Part shown: in pieces, positions 28,750 to 44,000 of the stretch
How positions within the stretch are numbered: position 1 is the stretch's first letter
How the letters are laid out: each line of letters opens with the position of its first letter
DNA from: Chrysomallon squamiferum
Lineage: Eukaryota; Animalia; Mollusca
Length of the DNA stretch: 64,000 nt
Direction: 5' to 3'
NCBI GenBank assembly: GCA_012295275.1
Contig: CM022672.1
Location: 4,464,001 to 4,528,000, forward strand
Translations under genes and position numbers: made by a program
Notes under the pieces: model-generated
Database searches by the model: none
What the model saw: only the letters and a program-made list of their open reading frames with translations
Told to the model about the DNA's origin: nothing

Positions 28750-29825
28750 GTTACTTAGTACAAATATACATTTATTTATTAATAATAATTCAGTATCTGT
28801 AACAATACATACAAAAGACCAGTGTATGCTGTCACTGTAGGCTATTCTTATCAACAAGCAGCAGAGTACATTTTAACTGCAATATTATTTCAGTGTATGT
28901 ATTAACAGTTACTAAATGCTGATGGTGGTATTAAACAGACCATTTAGTGGAACCAGATAGCATAAAACTTCAGTCAATTGGGAGCAAGGAATCTTTTATG
29001 TGCTCTTTGTTTTGATCTGGGGTTTTTCTGTCACTGCATTTATTTATTTGTGAAAATACCATATCAACAGATGTCTTGTTTGGCACATTCAAAATACATA
29101 GTGCTAATTTCTGAAAACCTTTCTGTTTTCAAAGAAAACAAATATGAGATTTTCTGCAATCGTTAGAAACACAATACAGATTGAACATTTTCTAAACACG
29201 TTTTAAAAACTTTTAAAAACCGTTCTGAGAACTGAGATGCTGTTATGATTACCAAAATGACACATGAAAATGTCATTCAGAACTAAGAGAAAATAGCAGC
29301 TAACTGGTATAAACATTTCTTTAGGGGTATTTTTTAATTTGTTCTTTGAAATGACAGCATGGAATCTGGGAAAGCTGAAAACAATGTGTGCAAAATGAAA
29401 TCAATATCTTGATGAACAACTTAACAGACTTGAAGACAGAGAGATGCATTATTCTCATGACATACATTTTAACACACACACACACACAACCTACTGATGT
29501 ATAGGACATACATAATCACTCATATACAGCCAGACACACAGTGACACATACCAGTAAGACACATACTATCACTTACATACAACATTCAAACTAACAGACA
29601 CAATACCACAGATAATGTATCTTTCAGATTGATGGAATGAAAGAAAAAAAAAAAAAAAAAAAAAAAAAAAAGAAAATAGAATAAAATAAATAAAAGAAAA
29701 AAAAAAAAAAAAAAAAAAAAAAGAAAAACTTAGAGAAAAACACCACCCAGTAAAATAAATAAATAAGTGTAAAAGATTACAACCACCCAAACAAAAACAT
29801 GACTTAAAAAAACTATATATTAAAT

Positions 29826-29910
<85 letters not shown>

Positions 29911-31138
29911 AACAGTAAAAAAAAAAAAAAAAATAGGAAGAAGAAGAAAAATGTTTTCTTCATTGCCATTTTCTTCAAAGACATTTTTGGTTCTCATCTG
30001 ATTGACAAACTCAAAATCTAAACATCAATCCACCAGCCAATTTATTTATTATCTAAACAGTCATCAAGCCTAGAAAATATTTATAGTACAAAAATGTATT
30101 TTAGTAAGACAGGAGGCGTACCTCAAGTGATGAAGGAAAGCAATGAAAACCAGTGTCGCCAAGTTTAAGTGGTATACTCCTTGTCTGATAAACCTTGTCA
30201 TAATAATTACAGGACCAATTTCTGAACATCCTGTTGTACATGTTTTACTGTCTGCTAGAAAATGCAGTAGTATAATAATACAGCCATCTGCCACTATATC
30301 GCTTGAAGATACTATCACCTATGTCTTAGGCATACAGTCCAGATTTTCCACCTCCTCTAATAGTTCTAGGTGAATAGCAACATGGGATAGGTGACAAATT
30401 AGGCAAAACAAGATTTTCAGTGCCATCATTTTTCACCCAGAGATAATAAATTGTGCAGAAATGTGAAATTGATACATGATTTGTCATGCCTTCATTGCCA
30501 ACATAATTTCTTTAGTACCTTCATTGTCATTCCCATTCCTTTTTTATTTTTAACATTGGTTTTAAAGCCTTTTTTTATGATATTACATACTGACACTCAT
30601 ACCTTTTAACACACAAGTCTGAATTTAAAACCTTTACACAGACACACACATTCAAATCATCACTGCTAGGTTGATGAGTATGATGTAACATAACCAGCAA
30701 AGCAAAAAGAAAGATAATTCATCTTCATTATAATGGGACTAATATTAGTCTAGAGTTACAAACTAATTAACAAAAATTAAAAAAAAAAAGTCCTGGCTTC
30801 ATACAGTACAGGAATTGATAGCATATTACATTATAAGACTTCATAGGTGTTAATCACTTCAAGACATCACAATTTAGTACCGTACAGCACTTCAAAGGTT
30901 ATTAGAGTACAGGACTCCACAGTACATACAATTCTATGAATGGAACATACAGATCACATGACTGGATGTGCTGTTTTATGCTGCTCAGGGATAAGGTTCA
31001 GATAAAAGCTGTGTGGCTCTTGTGTTACACCCAGCACTTGCAGGCAGATGAAAAATACTTTATCAGGATGTGTCAGAATAAGTTTAAAACCATATATACT
31101 ATACTCAGAAGTTCTGAATGGAAATAAATTATATGTTT

Positions 31139-31178
<40 letters not shown>

Positions 31179-31946
31179 CTACACTGATATTTATGAAACC
31201 TTTAAGAAAAAAATGAAATGAAATAAAATAAAATAAAATAAATAAATTTAAAATTAAAAATAAAAATAAAGATAAAGAAAAAAAAAAAAGAAGATTATGA
31301 CAGATAAACACACAGTCTGACACGAAAGACTTGGAGGCACCATGAACTAAAAAGTGCACTCGCTTACTTTGAAATAAAGTCTTTGAAGACATCTGTACAA
31401 TGCAGCAATTGTCGGATTGGGCAATAATCAGACCACTGAGTTTGTGACTAATTGAGTGCTAGCTCTCTCTAACACATGGTTTATATGTGTCAGATAACAG
31501 TTATAATTTCACTTGTCTTTTATCAGGTAGTGAAAAAAAAAAAGAGTTTTTTTCTAAATGAACAATGACACGTTGTGTGGTGTGATGCACATCTATATCT
31601 CGAGAGCCTGTGATACACGCCCATCATGGCACCAACAGGCTGTTAAATATAATCTCCAGATTATCAAAACTATCAGTTCCTTTTTAGCAAGGGTCAGATC
31701 TGGAGTTTACATCAGGGGCAGGACAGGGTTTAGACATTTATGTGGGTGATTATTTTTTTTGTGGGGGGGGAATGCACTTACTGACGTTAAAAGAAAAAAT
31801 TATATGTATGTATGTGTATGTGTGTGTGTGTGCATGTGTGTGCAGAAAGAGAGAGAGAGATAGATTATGCTGACTCAGTCATGCAATATTGTATAGGGCA
31901 GGATTTAGACATTTATATGGGTGGTTATTTAAAAAATATATTTATA

Positions 31947-32002
<56 letters not shown>

Positions 32003-32514
32003 ATTGACCTCTTATCATGCCTTATAGATTTTTTTTTTAATAAAAGGTTAAATTATATTTGAGTTAATATTTTTTATTTTAGTTTTTTTTTATTATTCTT
32101 TAAGAAGCAGAAAATAAAGAAAACTAAAGCCATAATTTTATTAAAAAAAAGAATATATATAAATAATAAAAAAGAAATAAATGATTTCACAGAACAATAC
32201 AAGCAATATGAAATGCTGGAATAAGAATTTGTTGGTCCTTGGGGTTACTGGAACTGTGAGGCCCACTTTGATATTATAAAAAAGAAAAGATATTAAAGAT
32301 AATGAAATAACTTTTAATTTTATCTCTGGAGGGTTTGAGGGCTGAAATCCTTAAACCCATATCTTAATCTGGCACTGTCAGTGTGCCTGCTAGTGTCCAC
32401 ATTTCACTGTGACTCATTCTCTTTAATTATCTGTCCAATGAATTTAACTTAAACTGAAAACATCCATAAATTACATTCAAGACAAATGTTAAAAGACATC
32501 ACACAGAACTCAAC

Positions 32515-32597
<83 letters not shown>

Positions 32598-35500
32598 CTT
32601 TTACATCTTACCACCAAAAATACTAATTAACTGATCATACAAAGCCAGTGCTAATTTTGCACACACATGTAAACAATTAATATCATCTCTATGCTTGAAT
32701 GAAAGTGAATTTTGCTTTAAAAAAAAAGAAAGAAAAACAAATAAACAAATAAATAACTAGTAAACATTTTAGGAAGCTTTACTGAATTGTATGTCAGAGA
32801 AAATACAATTTTATTTAAATTTAAATCTAATGAAGAAAGAAAGAAAAAGAAAATAATATTTACATTGGCAGTTTCTTGTAAACTGATGATCCATGACAGA
32901 AAAAAATGGTTCTATCACTGGTATCAAGGAATAACATACCATGACTCATGATAAAAAGAAAAACTGCCATTAAAGATGCAAAATAGAAGATTGATTGCAT
33001 GATCTACCACTGAGCTTCAGGTATTTTCTTACAGGAGTATATTAATATGTGCATCTGTGTGAATGAGCGAGAGAGAGAGAGAGAGAAAGAGAGACTGAGA
33101 CACAGTACATTTATATACATAGGCAATATAATAGTGTATGTGTGTGTGCAGACACACAGACACACACAAAACACTTTTATTTTTTGTTCAAAAGAAACCA
33201 CCAAACTTTTTCCTTATGAAATAGATTTCTAACTCAAACCTGACAGCTGTCAAACAGCCAAGGAAATGGAAAAATTCTTCACGTACTTAGTTATTGGATG
33301 CAACCACAAAAAAAGACTCCACCTACTGTAATGAACATGCAGTATACATTTCAAGTCTTGAAACAGCCGAACACCCATAAAAGCAGTATTGCAGTTACTG
33401 CAGACAGCACACAAGGGTTTCTCTTAATTTCCTTCTCGTGGCAGGCCGGGGCAATTTGTCCAATTATCATCCGAATTTCTCCCCGTTAAATCAGGCAGCA
33501 GTGACTGAATCAACATTGGGACTAGATGGAGGAGTGAGAGAGGTAGTCATCTCACAGGTGTTGCTAACTGACATCTTCTCTTGTTCACATAAGTTAAACA
33601 GGATAATATTTAAAAAAAAAAAAATATTTTCTTAAAGAAAGGAAGAAAACACAGAGAAAGATACATTTGTAAAAAGTGAAATTGGTGAAAGCAGGAAAGA
33701 CCTTCTGTTTTTTTTATTCTCCAGAACTCTGAATAAAGGTGTTTGTTTAGGAGTTTGAATTCAGGAAGATACAAAAAAAAAAAAAAAAAAAAAAAAAAAA
33801 TAGAAAAAAAAAAGAGAATTTTTGTTATACTGTTACACAAGTTGTGAAAAAGAACAACATTTTTCTGAAAATCCTGAAAAGTGAACTTGGTTTTTAAAAG
33901 ATTAGAAGAAAAAGAAAATAGAAAAAAGCTAAAGACTGAACTTTAATATGACTATTTAATAAGGCTGCTCTTTTAAAAAAAAAAAAAAACTCAGCAAAAT
34001 AAACAAATCCGATTCTTAGTATGACCTCCAATATGACAGAAACAGCCCAACAAGTTATCTCCTCAGATGGAATGGCTAAACTTGTCACCACAATGCTGCC
34101 AGCTTTCGGCACTCTCGCTGCTAACACAACAGTTGTCATGGCAGCAGGCAGGCCACACGCATCCCCACCCCCTGAGTTCCTTCTCCAGGTGATGTTTGTG
34201 TGCGATCAGATCCTCACCCCGCTGGTTGTGTGTTTTGGAATCATTGGCAACATTTTCAGTATTGTTGTGTTGACGAGGAAAGAAATGTCATCACCCACCA
34301 ACAGCTTCCTGAAGGCCCTGGCAGCATCAGACATCATACTGCTGGTGGCACAGATACCACATTTCTTCTCCTACAGCCACTACCTGAACAACACCGACTC
34401 GTTCAAGATGTTCCACAGATATTACACAATATTCAGGTTGGTAATTTTTTTTTTTTTTTTTTTGGACAAAATTATATAATTAATCTTCAGTGATATGCCC
34501 ATTAAGACAGTTTTCACTAATCCAACCAGTGTCCCATGTCAGGATTTTCAGGCATCACACCTGCTTACATCTCTGTTAAAAGGTCCTTTGCTTGTAAATG
34601 ATAAAAGTAAGCTTTATAGCAAAAGTGGGCTTTGTTTCTCAAATTGCCATAATAGAAGGAATGTAATATATATATATATATATGTCTTCTAGTAACTATT
34701 TATATAAGAATTTATTAGGTAATTCATTTCATTTAAATTCTTAAAAGCAAACAACAACAACAACAACATTAACAACAAACAAAAAACACACACAAAAAAT
34801 CAACTTATAAAACAACTTGTTTGAAACACTCCAAAACCAAGTAAACAATTTTTTTAAATACTAACATTCACAATGTAAAAAACACCTGCAGAATCCCATT
34901 TAAAAAATAAAAAACAGTTTACTATAATAAAAGTACACTAAATATTTATTCATATGACGATGGAATAAAACAATATGGTCAGGAGGAAAGTTATTTCTGC
35001 ACAAAACTCACATCTGAGAGAGGAAAATGAATGATTAAACTGAATGATTAATCTGAATGATTAAAAAATAGAATCACTTGTGTACATCTTCCCATACAGT
35101 GGAAAGTATGTGTATTCTGATAAACCAATTATGGACCACAGATACGTCAGTAATTTATGATGCAAAATAACTTAATTATAATGTAAACTGATACAGTTTA
35201 TCAAGTGGTGTACATATTTTAAAATTGTAAAATGCTATCAGATAAAAGTACAAATAAAATATATAGCTTGGGAGATAGAAAAACACAGCAGAAAAAAAGG
35301 TCACACCTCAAAATTATATTTATATACACCAACATGTATTAGATAGGAACACCATACTCCATACAAAACTTAGTAATTGTTCAAATCTTGGCACAAGATC
35401 AACCTGATTAATAAAGAGACTTCATTATATCATTTTATCTATATACAAAAGTTTTATTATTATTTTCTTTAATGATACAGTCAATAAATTTCTGAACAGA

Positions 35501-36290
35501 CACTATCAGCCGTTTATCAAATCAACATAATCTCTGAGGATACAATTGTCTGAAGGGACATACGTGGATTCTTGTAAACATTTACAAATAACACTTTGTT
35601 TTTAACACGTTTCACTACAAACTTCTCTCCGTATCTTCTGCTTCTCTTATCTTTACATCAAAGATGTCAGAAATAGAAACAAACAAGACAGTAACAGAAA
35701 AAAAAAAAATGAAAAGAGAGAGAATTTTAAAACACTTGACGTGATTTAATTTAAACAGCTGTATCAAGTTGACTTCAGTTTTTTTCTTTAAGTATTAATG
35801 GAATGATACTGCCAATAAATTTAAAAAAAATATAATAAAATAAAATAAAAATAAAGAATGATATTCTTTTATTTTTTATTGTATCTCTTTTTGGATCTTT
35901 GAGCAATTAAAGGAACTATGCCAAGTCATTTTGTTTGTTTATAATTAAGGTAAAACCTTTGGTAATAAACAATGCCTGCTCTGTTTGAGTATTTACCATT
36001 ACATTGTTGAATATCTGCTTTTACTACTGATATTCTAGGCTATTAAAGGCACAATGCAAAGGATTTAAAAATAATAATTAAAAAAAAATTAAAATAAAGT
36101 CTTGTTATTTCAGAAGTTATATACTACTGCTAGAACATTTATTTTTCTGTTCAGACTCTAAACATTTAAAAACATCATATCAAGCTTTTTGGTTTGTTTA
36201 ACTAAATAAAAACATCTAATAAAAAATATTGGCTGCTCTTTGAGTAGTTGTAATTTAGATTAAACATTTTCTTTTATTATTCAAATTCTA

Positions 36291-36336
<46 letters not shown>

Positions 36337-36510
36337 TAAAGATAAGAAAATAAAATAATTAAATTATCCACTTGTATTGATGTATTATGTAACACAGATT
36401 ACACACTTATTTGGCTGCTGAACTCAATTATAGGAAAGAAAAAGAAGGAAAAAAACAACAAAAAAACCTAAACAAAAATCCTCACAAAACACAACCAAAA
36501 CAACAACATG

Positions 36511-36545
<35 letters not shown>

Positions 36546-39500
36546 AATAAGATAAGAAAGAAAACAGAACAGTAAAAATAAACAGAATTGATATATTTTT
36601 TTTTATTTCTTTATTTTTTTATTTTCAGATACTTTGCCAACAACCTATTCATAACTTGTACCTGCTGGATTACGGTTGCTGTGACGATAGAGCGCTTTAT
36701 TTCTCTCAAGTTCATGATGAACCCCAGGCTGGTGTGTACAATACGTCGAGCTCAGTGGGCCATTCTCGGCATCTACTTCTTTTCCCTGCTCTTCCACTTC
36801 TCCAAGCTCTTTGAATACAAGCCAAACCTCAACCTAGACCACCCCAGTCCAGTGGTTGGATCTGCCCTTATCCAGTCAAGCAGCTACGAAGCCTACGTGC
36901 ACATCACCAACATCACCCTCGCTGCTATTATTCCTGTCTTCATCCTCATCATCGTCAACAGCTTTCTCATCTTCTTCCTGATGACTCACAGGCAGCGAAT
37001 GCTCAAACACAACACGGGCTCGATATCATCTCAAGTGGATATGATGCACGTCAGCTTCATTGTTGTGTCCATGGTCCTCGTATTCATCGTATGCCACTCT
37101 GTGGGTGTCTTCCTTGCCCTCAACATCGCCTTCAATGGCCGCAACAAAATTTTCAAAGATCCCGTGTTTGTCAGTATGAAGCATATAAATGGCCTGCTAG
37201 TGTTTGTCAACTCCAGTGTCAACTTTCTGCTGTACTGCGCTATCAGCAAGAAATTCCGCACCACGTTTGCAGCCATTTTTTTAGGACGAATCAGCAAGAA
37301 AATGTCATGGTCGGTGCAGACGTCGACCAACGAGCACAGCATGATGACGAGCAAAGCGAACATAACGATGTACACGTCTCAGGTATCCACCACCAGTTCT
37401 AAAGGAGCTGATGATGCCTAACATCAAGCACTTGCAACCAACCATGAACTGAACTGTTAACGTTTATCAAAAATGAACCACCCACAACATTTCAACATTA
37501 TGAAGTACTATTATTACCCTTAAGTATTGTAGGGATGAACAGTTATAAATTATCTCTGTAAGGAGGTGTACTTTGAGTAGTTACCAAAACATTTGTTATT
37601 ATCAACAATGAGTGTAAACTATTGTAATCAGAAAATATTAGTGTGAATTTTAAACAATAAATTATTAGTTTGCACTATTGTAATCATGAAGTAGTGAACA
37701 GTAAACTATTACTGTTGTGAATAGTAACCAATGTGAACATTTATAAAAAAAAAAATTTTTTTTTTTTTTTTTACTTTTGACCATCAAAAAGCACAAACTT
37801 TTACAACCAGAACCTATGCAGTTTTGAACTATTGTATTATAACAATTGTGAATTATTATAAATAGTTATACAAAAGCAAATTTAATTAAAACTTTTTACA
37901 GAATATTGATTTAATTAAGGGCCATTTTTGCAGCCATTTTTGCATATGACAGGTTTTGGATTGGTGATTTGGATTTTATTAAGAAAAATTTAGAAAAATG
38001 ACATGAAGAAAGTGGGGCTTTATTGTTGTTGTTGTTGTTAAAAAGATGACAAAAGGAAAGAATGTTAAAAAAAAAAAATGTTATTAAAAAAACATTTAAA
38101 AACAAAATAAAAATATATCATAATTATATATGTTTCTTAATACAATAGACTGTAAATATCACAAATATGCTGATAGCTTGTTTTCAGTTTAAATCTGACA
38201 CTAACATTTCTATTTGTTTTACCACACACTGTTGACAAACGCAACACATCTACTTTAATACATGTATTTACTCTACAGTAATTATAAAGGAATCATTTTA
38301 ATTCTGAGGACATTTATGAGTGAATCTGTGTAAATATGTGTAATTTATGAGATGAGATGTGGGGAAAAAAAAAAAAAAAGTATGGTAAAAATGTGGACGA
38401 ATTGATGCACCTGTAAAATATTTGATATAGTGTACATACAATGTAAATATATATGTATATATATATATAAAAAAATAACAAACAAACATGTAAGCAGGCC
38501 TAATTTTTGTGCAATAATTAAAACAATAGTAATAATAGGACATGTAAACTCATTTTGTATTTTTATAAATAAAAGTAGTTTTACAATGCACAAAATAAAC
38601 ATGGCAAAATATTAAAGCTGGCTCAGTCTGATATCACATTTTGCAACCTCACTTGGAATTTTTTTTTTTAATTATTAATTTTATTTTTTACTACTACCAT
38701 GTTTAATTACAAAAAATGGCATATATTTTATAAGAATTTATTTGATTTTACTGCTTACTTCATTTTTTAATTTATACTTAACACACAATAAATACATGCA
38801 CACACAAAGACTCAAACACTTACTAATTAAATGGCAGATATCTACAGATTAGTTATTATGTATAAATATACCTTTTATTTCTTGTAAACACTCATTGAAA
38901 AATTGAATAAAATTTTAAAAATTTAGTTCTTTGCACTGTTATATATTCAGAAGAAAACAGTTTTTGTTTTAGAACAGTAATGTCATTTTGAACATCTCAA
39001 TAATTTGTTTCCCTTTTTTTTTTTTTTTTTTTTTTTTTGTCATGATGTTCAAACTATCTGATCAACAGTAGTTGTTGTAAAGCATGCAAAACATGGGCAC
39101 ACAAGTAAACATATTTTTATATTCTGATCAACAGTAGACTCAGACAATGTTGTTAATATTCGAAACAAGTAATCTTTGGAGGTACCTACCTTGAGATTAG
39201 CAGTAGTTATTTTGGAAGTTTTGAGTTCAGCTCTTGTGCTGTCAAGCTCAGACTTGAGTCGGGCTGAAGCATCTTTGAGACTCTGAAGATGAGATGAAGC
39301 TGATCCAAGACCTTGTTCACTTTCTTTGACAAGCTTCTCCAGTCTCTTCACCTGTTAAATTCATATGTTAATAAATATAAACACACAGTGTATCAGTACA
39401 TGTGTGTGTATGTCTGTGGGTGTGTCTGTATATATGTATGCATGTATGTAAAGAAGTATGTATGTATGTATGTATGTATGTATGTATCTATAAACACTAT

Positions 39501-40987
39501 CACACATACACATAGCTGTATTTATATGTGTGTATGTTTGTGTGTATATATATATATAAACAGAGATATATACACACAGATACACATACAAAAACATACA
39601 TAAATACATGTTTATTTGTAAATATATGTATATGTGATTATGTATAAATATCTGTTTTTGTGTAAGAGTGTGTGTGTGTGTGTGTGTATGTGTGTGTGAA
39701 ATAAAATAAAATGTTACAAAAAAAACCCAAAAGAAAAACATGTTTTATTAACAACCATATGAGAGAAAAAACATAAAAACAAACCCTCATTATCAGTTCA
39801 TAATTATTCTCTTTATCAAATGTCTGTTATTTATTAAAAACATATTTTTCTATCTGTCAAGTGAAAACAGTAGAAAAGGAAAGCTAATATTATAAATTTT
39901 ATATTTAAATTGAATGTCAAAACAACTGATAAGCTGATCTTGTCTTAAGGGCAGGGGTGTACCAAACAAAAATCTGAGAGTTCACCAGCATTTTTAAAAA
40001 AAACCCAAAACAAAGAAAACAATAATTCTGAAAATGTGAACAAACAGCCTTGTATCTTAAGGCGAACAGACATATATGAAAATGAAAAAAAAAATTATAA
40101 CATTTTGAACATATTTACACAAAAATAATACATGGAGAGTCACATATTACACGATATTAGATATAAAAGTACAGGTTAAATTTTTCTTTTTTTTAACACA
40201 TATGTAACATACTCTAAGCAAGTATCTTAAGAAAATACTGATGACTCAGTTTGGTGTGACTTTTGTATTCTTAACTCAGGAACAGTTATTTGTGTAATGT
40301 ATCTTCTGGATTATTATATTTTCTTATTTGTATTGATGCATGTAGATTTGTTTATACACACATATGATATAAACATGTGTATGTCTATCCAGTTACCTCA
40401 TTCTCAGCAGCCTGCAGTTTTGAAAAGAGTTCAGTTTTAATTCTCTCAAATTCAGTCGTCATTGCTTCCTTCTCTGCTGTCAAACGAGCCGTTTCGTCTT
40501 TCAACTTATCTTCCAGTGACTGAAATAATAAATAAACAAATTAATTAATTAAAAAAAAAAAAAAAAAAAAAAAAATCAATTTAAAATAAATAAATAAATA
40601 AAAAAAAAAAAAAAAAAAAAATAAATCAATTTAAAATAAAAAAATAAAAAAATAAATAAAAAATTTAAAAAAAAAAAAATAAAAAAAAAAAAAAAAAAAT
40701 ATAAATCAATTTAAAATAAATAAATAAATAAATAAAGAGTAATAAATTTTTAAAAAATGAGCATGTATTTCTAAATCTAACTACTGCCAGATAAGAATAC
40801 CTAATATTATGCTTTGATATGTATTTTCTTTAGGTGTGGTTAAACTTAAATTTTATGATTAAAATAATATAAGAATATGAAGATACTTGCTGAATAATCA
40901 TGGAAAAAGTGTAACAAAGAATATAAATACCCTGATATCAAAAAATATTTTTAAGAGTCTGAGAGAGTGAGGATGGGAGAGAGAGGG

Positions 40988-41026
<39 letters not shown>

Positions 41027-44000
41027 CAGTACAAATACAAACCATTTTAGTTTGTAATAAATCATCAGCATATGCAGTTTTAATATTTCTTATTTCAATA
41101 ACATGTTCGCTGTTCAAATTTTTAATAACTGTGGCATGATCAGCCTCAAGTTGTTTCTGTTTATGAGCTGATCGGTCTTGAAGATTCTTAATTTCCCGTT
41201 CCAGTCTCTGCTGTAGAGTCTGTTTCTCTATGGATAAGTCTTCTAAAGCCTAAAAAACAATAATAATAATAATAGTAACAAAATAATTCTGAAATCTTAA
41301 CTGATGAAAATTTCTTTGAGACAATTTTGTTTATTATGGAAAAAAAAAAAAAAAAAAGTGATAAAGTAAGATAACCACAGTTAAGGTCGTTTTAGTTTCA
41401 TGTTAATTTGCTTACATATGACTTAATTTTGACAGAGGTTTCTGGGAAGCATAACTCAAACATAAAACAAAAATCAAAAATCAAAAATCAAAAATAATAA
41501 TAATAAAAATAAAAAAAATCAACAAATTCACAACAGCACTCTTCCAAAGTAGTTTTAAAACTATGACACACATTTTCTAGATTCTTGATCTGTGACATTT
41601 GTTCCTGTGAAAGACTGTCTCGCTGACTCATCAGATTTTTCCTCTCGCTTTCCAGCCACAACACTTTGTCATTCAGCTTCAAAATGTCACCTTCATACTG
41701 CTGTATACGATCAGACTGCTGTAAAGTCACTGCCTGCAGTTCACCTAACTTTGCTGCAAAACACACATAAAAATCATATAACATCTCCTTTAAACATAAC
41801 AACTGAATACAGTGGTGGAATGGATGAATAAATGAATACACCCATAAATACCACTTTCTTTTTCTTTTTAGGTTAATTGTTATTTAATGATACGATGTTA
41901 GAGGTGCTTCCTGGCTCCTTTCCATCTGTGATAAAATGAAAGACCTGTTTAGAGACATTTCAATATTTTTAAAATTAGTATTTCTGTTTTACATTTTATT
42001 AATACAGAACAGTTTAGTTAGTGATTTTCTGTTTAAACTGAAGCTTGGGGTAAATGAGAAAGACATTTTCTTTGTATACTTATACATTAGTTAACAGCTG
42101 AAGGGTTTTAAAATCTTACTGGATTTTTCTAACATTTCTTTGGCCTGAGCTGCACATCGTTCCTGTGAGCCAGACAGTTCAGTCTCAGCATTGTTCAGTT
42201 TTGACAATAATTTTGATACTTCTTCTTCTGACTTTTGTAGCTAAAATAATAATAATAAAAAACTAATAAAAAACTAAAATATTGTGTAGAATCAGATATT
42301 TATATATACTCTTGGATGTGGTTTATTTAATAAAGAAATTAAAATTTTATTTATAAAGAAAAACAAACAGAAAGTAAAACAAGTCAAAGTGATGTCTGTA
42401 TAATTCAACTACAACAAGAAAAATAACTTCTTTGTTAAACGAATAAAATGCTAAAAATATATATATATATATGGAAATTTAAATAGAAATTCACATATTC
42501 AGTTAAAAATATTAGTTTTGTAAAATGTAGATACCAAAATATTTGTTGAAAGAAAATAAATAACATATAATTTTATTATCTAAATTAATAAGAACAACAA
42601 CAATAATAAATAAATAAATAACTCAACCTTTTCTTGAAGAACACTAGAATTGCTATCTTTATCATTGAGACAGCTTCTAAGATCAATTATTTCCTTTTTG
42701 TATTTTTCCACAGTCTCTTCACTTTCTGAAAGCTGTTCCACCAAGTGATCAATCTGCACTTTGAGTTCTTTCTCCATAGCACTAAAATCCTTCACCATCT
42801 TGTCCTGCTGCTGCCTCAGAGATTGAATCTCACTCTCCAGTGAAGTGTTCTGTGAGGTCTTTATAGCAGCAAGTTCGTTTTCGTAAAATGCTTTTGCCTT
42901 GCACAGTTTATCATCACACTCCTCTTCCAGTTTAATTTTCTCATTTTGCAACGATGTAACTTGGTTTTTGTAATGTTCAATTTCCTCTCTGAACTGTTCT
43001 TCAATTTTGGCACATTCGTTGAGCCAGTCTGAGCTCTGTGATCTGTTGAACTGTCTTAGTTCTTCTCTTTCCAAGTCGAATTTCTGTCTAATATCATCAA
43101 TCTCTCTTGCTTTCTGGATCTCCATCTTTTGTTTCCATTCCTCAAACTGCTGCAGCTTCCCTTCAAACTCCTGTTTCATCTCAAGAACCTCCTGGGAGAA
43201 TTCCAAAATCCTTTGAGCATGTTCTGTTTTCAACTCACACTCTCGCTCTTCTGCAAGTCTTTTGAAATTCTCAATGTCCTCCTGAGCTTTGGTTCTGTGT
43301 CGTTCATGTTCGGCTACACACGTTTCAAGGGTTCTTATTTTTGTCTTTGTTTCTGCATCACTGTTTATTTTATTCCGATACAGTTCCACTTTTTCCTTCG
43401 TTTCTGCCAGGAGCTGATGCATCTCATTCTCATGTTGTTCTTTGACACTCTGCAAAACTGCTTCATGTTCATCATTCTTAGTGTTAAGTGCATATATGAC
43501 CTAAAATAATAAAATATATAATTTGCAACAAAATTTAATTAAAATTGTAATTAAAAATCAAAAACATATTTTAGAAAGAAAAATAATTAAAATGAGAATA
43601 TAAGACAAAAAACATGTATTTAAGAGTGAGACTGTTAAACTGTTATAACAACAAATTTGCATGTTTAACTTTTATAGCTGGCTGTGTAAATTCTACTCTG
43701 ATTATTTCAATTGCTTTATTTATATGTTTGTTTTTTAATACAAAAAATAATGTATCATGCAACAGGTTAAAATCAGTTTAGATTTATTAATGATTTAATC
43801 ATTTGGATGTTGAACTGAATGGTGAACTGATTATTTTAAAATAATAGTAATAATAATAATATCATTAAGAAGCAAACTGGAATATAAATAAAATATTATG
43901 GCAACTTTTAATCATGATCAGTGACTTAAGAAAAACACAATGGCAAATAACTAATCTTATATAAGATCATGCACATTCCTTTTATTAGTAATCCAATCAT

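Noticed and set aside
31893-32377. Possible MITE with agggcaggatttag...cttaatctggcactg ends
   Set aside because: Ends too degenerate and interior filled with microsatellite; cannot be supported without a repeat library.
37031-37402. Overlapping antisense and alternate-frame ORFs in GPCR exon 2 (similarly 43007-43509 and 5904-6306)
   Set aside because: Shadow ORFs of real GC-richer coding exons.
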